DNA of 64,000 bases, taken from contig CBFDEM010000030.1 of NCBI GenBank assembly GCA_965603825.1, forward strand, positions 372,001 through 436,000, written 5' to 3'. The translations under genes and the position numbers were made by a program. Within the stretch, counting starts at the first letter, position 1. Each line of letters opens with the position of its first letter. The DNA comes from Blepharisma stoltei ATCC 30299 (Eukaryota > Protista > Ciliophora). Under the pieces are notes generated by a model. That model did no database searches and was not told the DNA's origin. It was given only the letters and a program-made list of their open reading frames with translations. This document shows, piece by piece, positions 35,288-47,345 of this stretch.

Positions 35288-37819
35288 TTATCTGACTCTC
35301 TTGGCTGGCGAAGTCATATCAGATCCCCAACCCTTTTGGTAAGTTTTGCCTTCGAAGTTCCAGCTGTTCTTCATCATGAGTTCGAAATATCTATCATCAT
35401 CAATAGAAGCAGAGACATGAGAATAGTATTCCAAAAACTCGTCCATGGTAACTTTAAAGTCCCTAGTGTTTTCTTTATAGACGGCATGATGGGTTTCAAA
35501 GGTATCTAAGAACTCACATAAAATATCGTCCTCAGTTTTCTTGCCTGAAATGACATCTGGATGTCTTGACGCGTTGTAAACACCTTTAATATCATCGATC
35601 TCCACAATTCCGTTTCCATTCTTATCAAGCTTGCTGAAAGCCATAGAGATGAGTTGTCTTCTGAATTGGTTGAGTTCTCCTCTCAGTCTATGCATGAATT
35701 CTTCATAATCAATGGTTCCACTGCGATCAGCGTCCATAAAATTGAAAAGTCTTCTGGTGTCTGACTCGTTGATGTCGACTCTGAAATCTCTCATAGCTTT
35801 GGAGAATTCTTGCAAGTCTAAACTCTTTGAACCATCGTCATCCATGATTTTGAAGCTTCTGGAGAGACCAATGAATCCTCTTGCACCTCTGGAGGCAAGT
35901 CTTTCTTTCAGAGCTGTCAAAAGTCCTTCAACTGGGCCACCTGCAGTAGGTCTGCCTGAGGAGGCAGGTTCTGCTTGTCTGCTGGCAGGTCTATTGCTGG
36001 TGCTGTAATCTATAGGTTCAGCTGAAGTTCCCCAAGGGGTTTTGGCTGCTGGGTCTCTTTTATTGACTTGTCCTGCAGATTGGACTTCTCCACCTCTTGA
36101 AGGAGGTTGGTTTCTTGCACCTCTTCCTCCGACTTCTCCAGCCCAAGCTTCTCTTTTTGGTGCTTGAGCGCCTAATTTCCAGGCATTAGTCATCATAAGA
36201 TCGAAATATCTGTCATCATCAATGCTGGCTGATACGTTGTTGTAATACTCTTCGAATTCTTCTTTAGTGACTCTTCTGTCTCTTTGTGAAAGATCGCTGA
36301 TATTGTGGTGGGTTTCAAAGGTTTCTAAGAACTCTCCAAGGATTTCGTCTTCAGTCTTCTTTCCTGCTCTTACATCTGGGTGTCCTCTAGCATCATAGAC
36401 TCCTCTGACATCATTGATATCAATAATTCCGCTTCCATCCCTATCAAGTTTGTCCCAGGCTTTACTAACTAAAGCTTTCCTAGCATTATTCATTGGCCCT
36501 CTGACAGCTCTGATAAGCTCGTCATAGTCAATAGTTCCGCTTCTGTCCCTATCTAAAGCTTGGAATAGTCTTTCAATATCTCTATCTTCAATATCAACTC
36601 TGAAATCGTGGCAAGCCTTTTTGAACTCGTCGACTGAAATGTTTTTGCTGCCGTCATCGTCCATAATCTTGAACTGTCTTTGGATTCCAATGATTCCTCT
36701 GGTACCTCTTGCAGCCAGTCTTTCTCTGAATTTCTCACATAAGGCTTCACCTGTTTTGGTAAGTCCACTGCTAGGAGCGCTTCCTCTGCTTTCTCTTTCA
36801 GGGACACGTTCAGGAGCTCTTTCTGGCTCACGTCCTCCTTTAGAAGCAGGTCTCCTTCCTGATTCTTCACCTCTCCAAGCTTTATTTTTGGCATAAGCTG
36901 GCGCTTCACTGAGCTTCCAGGTATTGTTCATCATAAGCTCGAAGTACTGGTCATTATCAATGCTGCAGGAAATATTGTTGTAGTACTCTTCAAATTCCTC
37001 TCTAGTTACTCTTTGGTCTCTGGCTCCACCAATATTGTGGTGCATTTCAAAGGTCTCTAAAAACTCTCCTAAGACTGCTTCTTCAGTCTTCCTGCCACTT
37101 CTTACATCAGGATGTCCTTTAGCATTATACACGTTTCTGATATCTTCAATATCTAAAATGCCTGAGTTGTCTCTGTCAAGCTTATTGAAAGCTTGAGTGA
37201 CCAAAGCCTTGCGGAAAGCATTCATAGGGCCAGCGACTGCTCTTAAGAACTCATCATAATCGATTAGTCCAGATCTATCCCTATCAACTAAATTGAAAAG
37301 TGCCTGAATATCTCCTTGAGAAATTTCGACTCTGAAGTCTCTGATTCCTTTGGTGAATTCTTGCAAGTCCAAGCTCTTTGAGTTGTCGTCGTCGATGATC
37401 TTGAATTGTCTGGCGAGCCCAATGATTCCTCTCCCTCCTCTTGATGCCAATTTCTGTCGAAGCTTTTCGAGAGCTTCTTCACCTTCTCTGATTTGGCTTG
37501 AGGAAATGCCTTTTGAAGGGGATTTCTTAGCTGAGGTGTCTTGCTCGAAAATGACAGCAGTGAATTCTTTATAGTCCAATGCGCCTGAACCGTCAGTGTC
37601 GTAGAACGTGAAGAGCTGTTGGACTTGGTCTGGGTTCACAACCATTCCGACCTTCTCTAAAGCTTTGCAGAACTCAGAGAAATCAACTGTTTCGGTGTTG
37701 TCTAAGTCAAAGTACTTGAAGGCTCTGAGAAGAATTGTTTCTTCTGATACGTGCGCTGTTGATTTTTGGCTCAGTCTTTGTCGGAGCTCGTTCTCAAATT
37801 GTGCTCTAAAGCCAGCCAT
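35288..37819 (-). CDS. Calcyphosin-like multi-EF-hand protein with three tandem modules
   Basis: Three copies of LASRG.RG.IGL.R.FKI.DDD.SK...HPDV..G.KTE...L.EFL.TFE...DD.YF.LMM.N.W (about 36910-37480, 36170-36750, 35350-35920) plus an N-terminal EF pair. Confidence 0.92.
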   Translation of the reverse strand: MAGFRAQFENELRQRLSQKSTAHVSEETILLRAFKYFDLDNTETVDFSEFCKALEKVGMVVNPDQVQQLFTFYDTDGSGALDYKEFTAVIFEQDTSAKKSPSKGISSSQIREGEEALEKLRQKLASRGGRGIIGLARQFKIIDDDNSKSLDLQEFTKGIRDFRVEISQGDIQALFNLVDRDRSGLIDYDEFLRAVAGPMNAFRKALVTQAFNKLDRDNSGILDIEDIRNVYNAKGHPDVRSGRKTEEAVLGEFLETFEMHHNIGGARDQRVTREEFEEYYNNISCSIDNDQYFELMMNNTWKLSEAPAYAKNKAWRGEESGRRPASKGGREPERAPERVPERESRGSAPSSGLTKTGEALCEKFRERLAARGTRGIIGIQRQFKIMDDDGSKNISVDEFKKACHDFRVDIEDRDIERLFQALDRDRSGTIDYDELIRAVRGPMNNARKALVSKAWDKLDRDGSGIIDINDVRGVYDARGHPDVRAGKKTEDEILGEFLETFETHHNISDLSQRDRRVTKEEFEEYYNNVSASIDDDRYFDLMMTNAWKLGAQAPKREAWAGEVGGRGARNQPPSRGGEVQSAGQVNKRDPAAKTPWGTSAEPIDYSTSNRPASRQAEPASSGRPTAGGPVEGLLTALKERLASRGARGFIGLSRSFKIMDDDGSKSLDLQEFSKAMRDFRVDINESDTRRLFNFMDADRSGTIDYEEFMHRLRGELNQFRRQLISMAFSKLDKNGNGIVEIDDIKGVYNASRHPDVISGKKTEDDILCEFLDTFETHHAVYKENTRDFKVTMDEFLEYYSHVSASIDDDRYFELMMKNSWNFEGKTYQKGWGSDMTSPAKRVR

Positions 37820-38672
37820 TGTTTAATTCTAATCCAATAATGGCTAACTGCTTTTAATTTTTGAAAGATTGAGACAGAAAAATAAAGTTTGCTGGCTAAG
37901 GAGAAGAAAAGAAAAAGGAGGATAGAAGAATTAAATGAAAATGAAAATTAGAATATATAGGAATTGGATAAATCTACTTGGAAGGAAAAATAGATTAGAA
38001 TTATGCTGGTTTTAATTTTAATTTAATTATTTGGCATAAGTTTATCCAAAAAATAAAAGTTAACGCTGAAATCATGTGTCTGAAATTAGATGAAAATTTT
38101 TAGAAGCTTGGTGAGAGGATCTTTATATTTAATCTAATTGGCATAAGAAGCAGAATTTTTTTTTAGCTTTGAAGCAGAGTTTGGAATATGGCTCCATTAA
38201 TTAAATAAAAACTAAGTCAGAATCTGTAAGCTAATTCTATACTAAACATTTATATTTGGTTTAAGGATTTATCTCTATGCAAGAAACCTGAAATATCAAA
38301 TAAAAATAATTATAAGTAGGCATGAAATTATCTTAAAGGTAGCTAGGATTATTGAGAAGTAAATAATTTTGCATGCTCTATTTAGTTTTTGCAGGATTTT
38401 CAATAATCCTAGAAATTAGAAATTTATTAATAAATAAAAAAATAGCAGGGTTTATTTTTCATTTTTCCTAAGAAGCTTTGATAATATTTAATTCTAATAA
38501 ACTGAAATTTTTATGTAGTTTATTTTGAATATTTCCAAATAAATAGTAGCCCAGTTGGCTTGTGCAATGATAGAATTTTTATTGAGCAAAACTTCTTATA
38601 TCATTTATTCGCCTAATAATAAAGCCATCATTTTTCCAGTTAATTACAAATGCTAATGTCTTCCATTTAAAT

Positions 38673-40779
38673 ATGATTTTGTTCTATGCACTCATATTGT
38701 CTCCTTTCTTCCTAATTTTTTCAGCAACCTGAACATGTAAGACCATCAAAAACATAATCAAGAACTGGAAAATGTACTGATTTACACAGATTTTGATATG
38801 GCTTATTAGCAATCGTCATAATCTTTATCCTCTTCATCCAAATTCAACTAGAAATTGCTATGGGAAATTGGTATTATGGTCTAGGAGACCGCTATCTAAT
38901 TTCTAAGCACGAAAAATGTACACTTACGCCACCTGGCTATCCATGGCCTGGAGTTCTTCCTGATAGGACTTTAAACTTATTCAGTAATCTCTATTCAGCT
39001 GGAAGCAATAAATGCCCAGAACAAGAAGAGTTTTCTAGTTTCCAGTCAGGGATTCTTTCAATATGGTGCCCTTCAAATGCAACTATAATAGAGCAGCCTG
39101 ATTTTCTTTCTATGAGAAATGATACTTTCGTCTTGACTGATACAGGCATGGAAAATTGAAGTAAAATTGCCTCTGGTCTGCAAAAGAAATATTCTGTTAA
39201 TGGAACGTAATGCAAATACAGATCATCCTATAAGATAAATTCAGAGTGATTCCAGGTTTTCTGTGAAAATAAAGAAAATTATTATGTGCAAAACGTAGTT
39301 AAAGATGAGGTTGTAAAAAGAATTGAAGGAAAAATGCAGGAAAGATCAGTAAAACCTATGAATTTAGTTGTTTTTATGATTGATACTGTATCAAGAGCAA
39401 GAGTTTATAGAAAAATGCAAAATTTGGCGAATTATTTAGAAAATTTGAATAAGACTGGAAATAGCCAAGTTTTCCAGTTTTTTAGGATTATTTCGAATGG
39501 AATAAGTACAGCTTTTAACACGAGAGCGATGTACTCTGGATCTCAATTAAGGCAAAACCGAAGTGGAAGACCCTTTTGGGACATTTTTCAGAAACAAGGA
39601 AACGCAGCACTTTTCTTAAATGGGTTTTGTGAAGATTGACAGAAAACTTTTTTAAAAAAAGAATTTAGCGATATTAATTATGCTGTGTTTTTTCCTTGAT
39701 GCCATTTTGATTGCCATCCTTTACAAGGAACTTTTGGGAATTTTGCTGGTCCTTTTTCTATTTTGAGAAGATGTATTAATGGAGATTACCTTCACAATTA
39801 CATTATAGAATATTTGAATCAATTTTGGAAAAACCATGAACAGTTTGGAAAAGTGGTTTTAATTCCTTTTCAGGAAGGCCATGAAGGAACAGGAGAAGTC
39901 ATTTCAGTGCTTGATCCAGATTTAACAAATTTTTTGAAAAAACTTGAAAAATCTGGAGATCTAAACCAAACAGTTGTAGTCATAACGTCTGATCACGGCT
40001 TGCATATGGGGCCTTATTATACAGGAAGTAAAATGGGTGCTTTTGAAGAGAAGCTTCCAACTTTATTTATGATTTATCCTCAATGATTCATTAATAAGTA
40101 CCCAGAATTCAGACAAAATTTAGCTGAAAATGAACAAAGACTTGTAAGTCACTATGACACATATTGGACATTTCGACATCTTGCAACACTCCCAGAATTT
40201 GGAGGTGAAATTTCTGAAAATTTTGAAGAAAACTCAAATTTATATGAAGATACCTGGGACTGCCAAAAAAATTTATACTATATGGAAGCCTCTTATCAAT
40301 TCATAGGGAAAAAATGAAGAAAAGATTTTTATTCATTTCCATTAAATATTACTTATACCAAAATAAATGATTGTTTTACATCATTACAATATACCCCAAA
40401 GGTTTATGAAAATTTGACATCAATTCCTTATTCAGAAATTTCGAAAGAAAATGATAAGTATAATAGAGACAAAGCTTTAGAGACTGTGCTGTTAGATAAA
40501 GATGTGAGGTATTGGTTTGAAGATGCCTATCAAGATGTAATCAAAAAGCTTATGCTGAAGAGCAAAGAAGCTGTAGGGCAGGAAGATTATGTTTTGGAAA
40601 GCAAAACGTTGGAGGAAGAATCATGAGATACTTTAAAAGCACCTGGAAGAGGAAGATATTTGTTTGGAAGAAGCTTGCTTAAATACACAGATGATAGAAG
40701 CTGCGATATGGCTGGGATTCCTAATTGTGTTTGCGATGGAGATGACAGTATAACTAAAATAATAGCAAAATCTGGCTAG
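38673..40779 (+). CDS. DUF229-like alkaline-phosphatase/sulfatase-superfamily membrane protein (start tentative)
   Basis: NLVVFMIDTVSR, SDHG, EEKLP, RLVSHYD, GRSLL....RSC..AGIP.C.C. About 9 TGA codons; introns 38774-38789 and 39207-39221. Confidence 0.8.
38774..38789 (+). other. 16-nt spliceosomal intron
   Basis: gtactgatttacacag. Removal links an upstream ATG to the TM segment. Confidence 0.65.
39207..39221 (+). other. 15-nt spliceosomal intron
   Basis: gtaatgcaaatacag, with an in-frame TAA. Confidence 0.82.
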
Positions 40780-40852
40780 TTTAAGATTGATAATCAATAT
40801 TAAAATAAGCTTTCTTTATTAAAATCCTATACAATGAAAAGATTTATGCTTA

Positions 40853-42388
40853 TTAGGCCAATCCTTGTCTTTTAAGATCAGTAAACTTTTTCTTGCTCAT
40901 CACATTCCCTTGAGAATCTTCAAATTCCTCCTCTTCATCTGCCCTAAACAAATCCAGCTTATGGTCCTCGATTAATTTTTTGTGCAAAGTGATAGCTTCA
41001 TCAATCTTTGTAACCTCTCTAAAGTGCATAGTATTAGGGATCCTCAGACATCTCATTCCATATGCATGTCTCCACTCCTGAAAATGTCTTTCAAAGGCTC
41101 TTCTGCCCCAATACGAGTAATTTCCACATATTTCGCATTTATATTCCACATTTAATCCTTGCAGCTTATAAAGCCAGTAAGGTATTGGCTTTCCATCATA
41201 TCCTATTGGCAGATTAAGAGGGTTATAAGCAGGCCGCTCGTCTTCTGATGAACTGCTTTCTTCTTTTTCTTTGTTTTCCGATTTTTTTTTCAATTCTTCA
41301 ACAGGGAGAGAAAAAGGCTCCTCTTCTTCATCAGATTCATAGATTTGGGCTGCAAGTTCTTCAGCTGTCCTTGTTTGTTTTTTCCTAATGTTATTCATGG
41401 TATCTTCCACTGTATCGCCTAGAGTTTCTCGAAGTCTTGAAATGAAGCATTCTAAAGAAGCGACTTCTTGGTAGTGCTTTATTTCTTCACTTTCATCTGT
41501 ACGATCTATAAGCTCTGCGATGTTTTCTGCAGCTTTTCTATGCTTTGCTCCTGTTTTGTGAGCTTTGTAAACGTTTTTGTTGGTAAACAGCTTGTTGCAG
41601 GGAAGGCAGAAAAGGGGGTCTGTCTTTAATTCATGCTTCTTAGGCAGCTTTTCCCACCCTTTGATAGATCTGCTTTCCCATCGAGCTTGAAAGTCTCTTC
41701 GATGTTGGTCTTCAAGCTGAGAAATGTTAAGAAGTGGTTGTGTTCTGTTAAAAAAGTATTTTAGATAATCCAATAAGTTTTCCAGATACTTTTTATACTG
41801 ATTATCTTTACAAGATATTGGAATAGTATGAAATTGGTCAAATGTGGACAAATATGTAAGATAGTCCAGTGTAATTCGTAGTCTTGGATTATTCTTATTG
41901 AGCTTCTTGAGATTAATAAAATCTATATATAAGTTATGTAAATCCACAAATCGGCCGTTCCCTTCTGGGCCTGAAAACTTTGGAATTTTTGATCGGTCAT
42001 CCAGCGCATGAAGAAAATATCAGTTATCATCATGATTTTCAGCAGGGGTTCCATAGGGTGTAAATCGGTCATGGTAATCTCTGATTTCATTGAGCTTTTC
42101 GTAAAAGTTAGTCCATACATCTAATGATTTATTTCCTGTTGCGTCTTCAGCTTCTCTGCAGCCTTCTAAGAATTGGATTTCGTTTTTTCTGAATCCGTCT
42201 TCGTCTTGGTAAATTTTTAGTGCTTTTGCGCTTTTTGATTGAATTTCTTCGAGGAATTCTTTTATCATGAAATCTGCTAAGACAGCGTATTTTGGGCTTT
42301 GTGATTTTAAAAATAGAGCTTTTACTATAGCTTTTTCTAAGTTTTCAATGTCTTCTTGGGCTGATCTCTTTTGCTCTAGTATAGACAT
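40853..42388 (-). CDS. SF3A3: Splicing factor 3A subunit 3 (Prp9/SAP61)
   Basis: FSGPEGNGRFVDLH, YNPLNLPIGYDGKPIPYWLYKL, CEICGNYSYWGRRAFERHFQEWRH; TGA 42020. Confidence 0.96.
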
Positions 42389-42554
42389 TGAACAATAATA
42401 ATTCCAAATGTTTTTATTTAATTATTTAATCTGGCTCTAAAGTAATTGGTATGCCTCAGCACATAAAGCAATAACCAGCTTAAATATCACTAGAAAACTA
42501 AGGGAAGCTTATTTTCTAATTGGATACTAATATTAATTAATAAATAATTATGAA

Positions 42555-43169
42555 CTAAGAATGAATATCCATAATTGCTTTAATCTTTTCCAAATCCCCA
42601 TACAAGTCATAAAATTGCCTTGGCGTCACTTCCAAAAATATTTCATTCCTCTTCTTATCAGGAGTCTGTATCACAAACTTCAGCTGCACAAAGCACTCCC
42701 CTTTTGCATTAACAAACTTATTTCCATAAGTGACTCCAAATTTCCACTCCATATCTACCAATTCATGCCCAACTCCAATTTGTCCCAGCATAACTTTGCA
42801 AGCTCCAACCTTATTTTGGTCCCACAGAGTCCCAATTCTAGCAGAAATATTTTCATTAAATCCTAATTGATGTAAGTCTTCTAAAATCTTGGTCCGATTT
42901 AATACCTTTTTAGCTGAAAATCTGAAGAAAAGAATCAATGTTCTTGCGGCGGATTCTCGCTGCTTTACTGGGAGTTCTACATCGTCAAGGGCACTATAAA
43001 AATGCTGGGGTTGAAGTGAAGAATTTTGAAGATATTGGAGACAGATAGAAGAAAGGGCTTCTAAAGCTGCATCAGGCAGGGATGATAAAGATCGAAGGTC
43101 TGCAAGGAGCTAATTAAAGGTTACTTCTGCACCGAGATCGTACTCTAGGGGTAAAAAATTAAAAGCCAT
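42555..43169 (-). CDS. COMMD7: COMM-domain protein, COMMD7-like
   Basis: LVDMEWKFGVT...G..FVQLK....E.T..QFY; intron 43110-43124. Confidence 0.82.
43110..43124 (-). other. 15-nt spliceosomal intron
   Basis: gtaacctttaattag, with an in-frame TAG. Confidence 0.87.
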
Positions 43170-43226
43170 TTATAGAGAAATCTTTACAATTTAGTCAACT
43201 TTCAGCTTTCTAGTTATTTATAATAG

Positions 43227-43598
43227 TTAGTCCTGCAGCTTTATTTCTTGTTTATAGATGGAAGAAAGCTCTTTTGATAAGAGGTCGATAAGCTTGTGCC
43301 CATCAGTAGCATTAACCCAGCCATTATTCACAAAATCGTATCTTTTTGGCCCACTGATAGGAGATGACAGCCAAATTTGTTTATTTGGGCTTTGCTTGTT
43401 GATAATATAAGTTTTTTCCTCCTTGCACTTTAGTGTCACAACACCATCAGACAGCTCAACATCTTCGAAGCATTCAAGCTCTTCACACTGTTCTGCAATT
43501 TTCTATGTAAATCATACATCCAAAAATGCAGCAGATACTTTTGAGTATTGATTTTCATTCAATACACAAAATCTTCTAGCAAGTTTAATAAGAATCAT
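43227..43598 (-). CDS. FXN: Frataxin
   Basis: DVELSDGVVTL, TYIINKQSPNKQIWLSSPISGPKRYD; short presequence; intron 43503-43517. Confidence 0.94.
43503..43517 (-). other. 15-nt spliceosomal intron
   Basis: gtatgatttacatag, with an in-frame TAG. Confidence 0.88.
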
Positions 43599-43622
43599 TA
43601 TTATATTTCTTAGATAAGCAAA

Positions 43623-44987
43623 ATGGTGCAGGCCTCCAAGTGATTTAATTTTTTACTATTTTTAGGGATATTTCAGCTTGCTGAATCTGCATTTGGAACT
43701 CCAGAACATATACACTTGGCATGGACTGAAAATGAACATGAAATGATGGTTTCATGATCAACGTTTATTCCTGTGGATTCCTTTGTACATTATAGGCCGA
43801 TTTTGTGTAATGATGCAGCAGAAAATTATGAGTATACAGAAGTGCTTGGAAATCGGACGATGTTTAACGAAGGGGTTCTAATGCTAAGGTTTATTTTTTT
43901 GCATAATGCACTGATTAAGGGGATTAGATCTGAGTGCTTTTATGAGTATTTTATTCAAAGCTCGATTGGGAAAAGCAAAACTTATATTTTTAATGGAAGA
44001 ACGCCAGAAAGTGATGACTCGTTTAATGATACAAGTAATCCTTTTAAGATGATAATTATAGGAGACTTAGGCGGCGGAGATATTGGGTCAATAACTGCAG
44101 CTCTTTTTCAAAGGGAAGTTAAGTTTAGAGACTCTGCTGGGCTTATTCATTTAGGAGATCTTGCCTATAACTTAGATACAGATAATGGTCTTACAGGAGA
44201 TAATTTTTTAAATTTAGTTCAAGATCTTGCTGCAACTATTCCTTATATGGTTCTTCCAGGAAATCATGAAAACTTTGATAATCAGACCCATTACAAAATG
44301 AGATTTAAGATGCTAAAAAATGAATATAATGATGGCCTTGGGCAATTTTATTCATTTAATCTTGGTCCAGCCCATTTTACTATCATAAACACTGAAGTCC
44401 ATTTTTTTGAAAACCAAACTATTTCTGCAAACCGAACTATTTCTGCAAAAGTTCAAAGGAAATGGCTGGAAAATGATTTGGCAGTAGCAAATAAAAACAG
44501 AAAAGAAAGACCATGGCTATTTGTACTTGCACATCGTCCATTATATTGTTCTTATGATTATTTAGCTAATAGCAAAGAAAGAAATAGGACTTGTGGGCCG
44601 GAAGCAAAGTATCTTAGGGAAGAATACGAAGAATTATTCAATGAAAATGCTGTCGATGTCTTTTTTACTGCTCACGTGCACTCATATGAACGAATAACTC
44701 CAATTTATCATAATGTTACTGTGAAAAGCCAATATGATGATACTAATACACATATTAATCCAAGGGCAACAGTTCATATAGTTGATGGAATAGGCGGAAA
44801 CCGATTAAGGCACAATGCTAAAGCTACTCATACTCCTCAGTTGTGAAGCGTGTATAGAACAGATGATTATGGCTATGGAAAACTCACTGTGTATAATAAG
44901 ACACATATGCTCTTTGAACAGTATAGCTCGCTGACTTGGAACACTATAGACACAGTAAGCATAATTAAAACACGAGAAAGATTTTAG
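43623..44987 (+). CDS. Purple acid phosphatase (ACP7-like), copy 1
   Basis: Signal peptide, PEHIHL, GDLG, GDLAY, GNHE, AHRP, AHVHSYER; TGA at 43641, 43755 and 44844. Confidence 0.92.
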
Positions 44988-45377
44988 GAAATTATATAAA
45001 GAATAATTTATCAATTTTAATATAATTAATTTATGAAAATATTTGCCAAATTAAGTTTTTTGGGCTAATCGGTTCACTTAGTTGATATAGCATTATATTA
45101 TACATCAAGCATTCTCAAGCGCTGGTCTCTACAAAGAAATTATTATAAAAATGCTTTGGATTAAAATCTTAATTTTACGCTCTTTGGTATTTATGATTTC
45201 TCAAATCATTAAGACCTTTGTTCAAATCTGTGAATATAAGTATCAGCTTAATATATTTATAATAATTTCTTATTTATTTCTTCTATCCTAATTTTTAGTT
45301 TACCTTCCAGCTGTTTCAGTAAAAATCAGTGCACAAATGTCAGAGTGGCAATAATGGAAATTAATTTTTTATCAAAA

Positions 45378-46709
45378 ATGTTTCTACCCTTTATCTTACC
45401 ATTCTTAGTAGCAGGAGCTCAAGCTTCTCTAGCAAATCCAGAGCAAATTCATATTTCTTGGACAGAAAATGAGCATGAAATGAAAATCACATGGTCCGTC
45501 TTCTTAGAAACCGAATGCAAGTTATGGTATCGCCCTACACTATGCAGCGATACAAGCACAGATTTTGCTTTTAAGCATATAAAAAGCCAACACACAAAAT
45601 TTGATGAAGGAACTTGGGTTAATCGTTTTGTTTTTATCCATACAGCAGTCTTAACTAATCTTCGAGATGATTGCTTTTATGAGTATTATATCGAAAATCA
45701 TATCTCGACCAGTGATACCTATATCTTCAGCGGACAAACCCCTCAGTCATTTGATAACTATGGCAACTCCAATAATCCTGTTAAAGTAATTATTTTCGGC
45801 GATTTAGGGACTGGACCACATGGGAACTTGACTTACCAGTATTTACAAGCGGATGCCGTTTCTAGAAATTTTTCCGCAGTTTTTCATATGGGAGATATAG
45901 CTTATAATTTAGAAAGCAATGACGGAGAAGTGGGTGATGAATTTTTAAATATGATACAAAGCACAGCGGCAATTATTCCATATATGACTTTACCCGGAAA
46001 TCATGAAAATGACCAAAATATGCTTCATTACCGGATGAGATTTAATATGCCAAAAAACAATATAGACCCAGACGGTCTCTTTTATTCCTTAAACATTGGC
46101 CCAGCCCACTTTGTTTTTTTAAACACAGAAATTTATTTTGATTATTATAATTACCCTTATGATGAAGAAGATTATCAAAGACTTTGGCTTATTAATGACT
46201 TAACAGATGCAAATGCCCATCGCAATGAAAGACCATGAATTATAGTAATGACTCATCATCCTCTATATTGCTCATACGATTTCTTTAGACATAGTGTAGA
46301 GAGAAACATTGTCTGTGGAGCTGATACCTGGTTTTTCAGAGATAAATTTGAGGATATTTTTTATGAGCAAGGAGTTGATATGTTCCTTGCTGGGCATTTG
46401 CATACTTATGAAAGAATGGGTCCAATATATAAAAATAATACAGTTAAGAGTGAGCGTGATGATTTGAACTTACATTTAAATCCTCAGGCAACTGTTTATA
46501 TGATTGATGGAAATGGAGGAAGCGTTATAGGTCACAATGCAGAGTTAAGCACTACCCCTCATTTATGGAACTTATACAGTTCTAACGACTTTGGCTATGG
46601 AAGAATGACTGTATTCAATAAAACTCATTTGTTTTTTGAGCAATTCAGCGCTGCGCAAGAAAAAGTTACAGATACTCTTTGGTTGATAAAGACAAGAAAT
46701 AGATTCTAA
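45378..46709 (+). CDS. Purple acid phosphatase (ACP7-like), copy 2
   Basis: Signal peptide, GDLG, GDIAY, GNHE, THHP, GHLHTYER; TGA 46236. Confidence 0.93.
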
Positions 46710-47345
46710 TGTGTTTTAAAAATTTAATCTATTAGCTTTTGAGTTATGATCTTTTATATTTATTCAATTCTTTTATATTGCATTCAATAATAGAGATACA
46801 AAAGATATAAGAATTATGTATTATTCGAACATCTTGATTAGTCTACCTTAATGCAAAGTTCCATTTAAGTTATCTTTCTTTTAGCAGAAAATATACATAA
46901 ATAAATTTAAATGGTTTATTAATAACTCAACAAGTAAAATTTTGATGCTTGACTTGTTTTATTTCCATGATTTATATTATTTTCTTATTTTATAATTATT
47001 ATTTTTAAGCCATTATTAATTTTCTATAGGCTATTGAGCAGTGTTAATATGGAATTGTAAAAATTTTTGAGTAATTTATTGAAAAAGACTCAGATAATAT
47101 TTAATTTAGGAAAAATCTTTGTTTTAGTTATTAATTTTTAAACTTTAAAAATCTAAAATTATAACATAGTCTTCTATAAGATCCCAATTTTACTAAATCA
47201 ATAGGAGATTCTTTAAATGTTCTTTGTTTAAAGTCAATTCAATCAATTTGAAATACTTTCCTAAAATATTTCTTTCTTGATTTTTTTAATTTGCTTGAGC
47301 AAAATAAATATCCAAAATGTCAGCTGTTACAAATATTTTAGAAAA

